This document shows positions 61,608 through 64,000 of a DNA stretch of 64,000 bases, piece after piece (the stretch's first letter is position 1; each line of letters starts with the position of its first letter). Origin of the DNA: Penicillus capitatus (Eukaryota > Plantae > Chlorophyta); assembly GCA_965649825.1 (NCBI GenBank), contig OZ287704.1:468201-532200 (forward strand), in the 5' to 3' direction. The notes under the pieces are model-generated. The model made no database searches and was not told the DNA's origin. It saw only the letters and a list, made by a program, of their open reading frames with translations. The translations under genes were made by a program, and so were the position numbers.

Positions 61608-63178
61608 ATGACGAACAAGCGCACGCGCGGTGGTCCTCGAAAGGAGTCACCGACTGAACAACGCAAAAGGGCCAGAGAAGCGACGATGTTCGAACACGTG
61701 AGCCGCGTCTGTAGACTCGGAGTCCCTCCTCAGAACGCTGGGTGTCGGAACGCAGGTCGTCGGAGCTCTGCTCTACCTCTGGGGGAGCAACGCCTTCGGT
61801 CAGCTGGGTTTTGGAGATACGATCATGGAACGCGTCCGTCCAGCACTCTCCACCTTCGAGAAGAAGGTGCGCCCGGTTCCGCTTCTCGTTCGTCGGACCT
61901 CTAACCGTCTTCCTTCTCGCGATCCAGGTGATGGACGTGGCAACTGGCGGCATGCACACCGTCGTGCTTCTGGAAGACGGGACTCTCTGGAGCGCCGGTG
62001 TGAACGACGACGGGGCCCTTGGACGCGAAACGGCAATCGACGAGAACGGGGATCCCGTGCCCGACAAAGACGCCACGCACTTCGGCCAGATCGCCATGCC
62101 CAGAAGCGCTGCCCCGGTGGTGCAGTTGGCGTGCAGCGACAGCGCATCCTTTGCCTTGACCCTCGACGGCAGCGTCTACGGCTGGGGCGCTTTCCGCAAC
62201 GAACACGGTGTGTTTGGATTCTCGGAGTGGGTGAAGTGCCAGGCGACGCCCGTCAGAGTCTACGTCCCCGGCGGACGCAAGGCGCCGGTGACCAAGATCG
62301 CAGCCGGGGCCGACCACGTCGTCGGCATCCTCAAGGTACGTTTCGGCGATCGACCGTGTCGTGTAAGGGTTTATGTTCGGCACACAGGACGGAGGGGCCA
62401 TCTCATGGGGCGATGGCGACCAGGGACAGCTAGGACGCGTCTCTCTGCGCCACTCGCGCCGTCCGAACATCATCCGCCGCACGATGCTCACTCCCACGAA
62501 GATCGCCGGATGTCGATCGATGGAGTTCTCGGACGTCTTCTGCGGGGAGTACTCGACGTTCCTCAGGGCGACGAACGGACACTTCTTCGCTTTCGGACTC
62601 AACAACTGCTGTCAGCTGGCGATCCCCCACCCCAGAACGCTCAGCAACGAGGACACCCAGACGCCAGAGTCGAGAGCGAGCAACCTGGTGACCCTGCTGA
62701 AGCCGACCTGGGTGGAGGCCTTCCGGACTCTGGACATCCTCAAGGTGGCTCCGGGAAAGGACCACGGAATCGCCGTCAGCGAAGCTGGATGTGTCTACTC
62801 GTGGGGCGTGCCGACATACGGAGTACTGGGACGCGCCAACATGGTGGAACTGGTCGGCGACACGACTCCATTCCCAGTTCCAGATATGGTGAGCGGACTG
62901 GAGGAGAAGACGATCGTAGACGTCGCATCGGGACAGGTGCGTGTTCCATCTTTGTGACACTCGACGTTTACGTTTGTTGTGCTTAGGTGATCTCCGGCTG
63001 CATCGACAGCGCCGGAGATTTATACACTTGGGGAGCGGCCATCAACGATATGTTGGGCCACCAAGTGAACGATGATCTTCTCCTGCCTCGGAAGGTTCCG
63101 AGGACGAAGCACACCGAGGGGAAGACATTTAGGGCACTTAGATTTGGCGGGCAGCATTGCGCCATGATGGCGGATTAG
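61608..63178 (+). CDS. RCC1: RCC1-like, duplicate of 7212-8784
   Basis: Same exons. Intron 3 is 52 nt rather than 54 nt, which explains the frame change in the ORF track. Substitutions A>T, Y>F and N>D (GANH to GADH). Confidence 0.9.
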
Positions 63179-64000
63179 CCAGGATGGCCTAGATGAGTTT
63201 ATTACTTGTAGGACATTTCTGTCTAAAAGTTCATTTTAATCTGCAAAGTCCCGACGCGGAAAGGACAACGATACGCATCTATTGTGTCATTTGTGAAAAT
63301 CGAACGCGTCGCCGCTTTCGTTTCTATTACGAATGGCTTTGTTGTGACAATCGGACAAGCCGTGGTTACAGGCCGTATACGTTAATTCGTAAGGCTAAAG
63401 GATGTATCCATTCGAGAGTTCTGCTCTCTAAGCACACCTCAAAGCTTTTGTCGTTCGGCAGTTACCCTAATCGTCTCCATGCGTGGATCGAACGAGGCAA
63501 GGGAGATGCATGCCTCCTAACGTGATCTGCGCGTCCGGAACATGCGGGTTGAAGTGAAAACACCTTAAGAGCAAATAGCGTCTCCGCCACACATCTATAA
63601 GACTCAGGCAGAGGAAGGTGAGCATAATTCCTTCCTAAAGAGACAGCTCATACAACCTGTGACTATAAGAAATAAGAATTAAAGTGCGATTCGGATCTTC
63701 CTTATCATTTCTTGAGCCTCGACTGATTTCTGTCACGCTCAACAATCGACTTGTCATCGTGGCAGCACAATCTTTCGAACAAGACAATGAAATCTGTGTT
63801 CCCAAACCAGAAGGAAGCACACAATGTAACAAAGTCGTTAGAATCTTATCTCTGAAGATCATCTGTAGAAATCATAAACAGATGCTTTGGTCCACTCATC
63901 GAAAGAAGAGTTACTCTCCTGGGAGCACCATGTCGATCATTGCGGTTTGCGGCGGGAAGCAAACTGCCACATATCAAACAGCGAAAGATCTCGAAGAATC

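Larger units (their letters stand above)
57623..64000 (+). repeat. Segmental duplication, copy 2 (runs off the window end)
   Basis: Begins at TGCAGCCATATGACGG, about 270 nt after the tig stop. Position 64000 corresponds to 9607. Confidence 0.97.

Noticed and set aside
1-64000. tRNA, rRNA, snRNA, telomeric repeats, autonomous transposons, bacterial or viral insert
   Set aside because: I noticed no cloverleaf or T-loop signature, rRNA-like tract, TTTAGGG/TTAGGG run, RT/DDE/integrase motif or intron-free operon-like block. A manual scan can miss short or diverged RNAs.

Overview
Eukaryotic nuclear DNA, most likely from a green alga. The evidence is nuclear-encoded plastid ribosomal protein L17 and trigger factor with transit-peptide-like N-termini, a PP2-A10-like gene, many tiny spliceosomal introns (mostly 42-60 nt) and the standard genetic code. 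A siphonous or ulvophyte origin is only my guess from the gene families. Intact conserved genes are PP2-A10-like, rpl17, SPF27/BCAS2 (x2), RCC1 family (x3), STE24 and tig. They sit among fast-evolving or decayed families: two 4xMATH genes, two Cys-rich membrane proteins, a large Pmp-repeat multi-TM receptor with frameshifts, a trypsin-ankyrin pseudogene and a tandem C4 zinc-finger ORF (x2). The dominant unexplained structure is repeated local duplication. At least seven paralogous pairs of different ages and both orientations lie within 64 kb, and I recognised no transposase or reverse transcriptase. Two breakpoints appear to create new chimeric reading frames: a spliced exon running into a 2.2 kb, largely stop-free minisatellite, and a MATH gene that borrows its start codon from another frame of a Pmp pseudogene. 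Three or four GC-AG introns are also present. All alignments and exon models were made by eye. Frameshifts and the near-identical 6.4 kb duplication could be assembly or haplotype artefacts.
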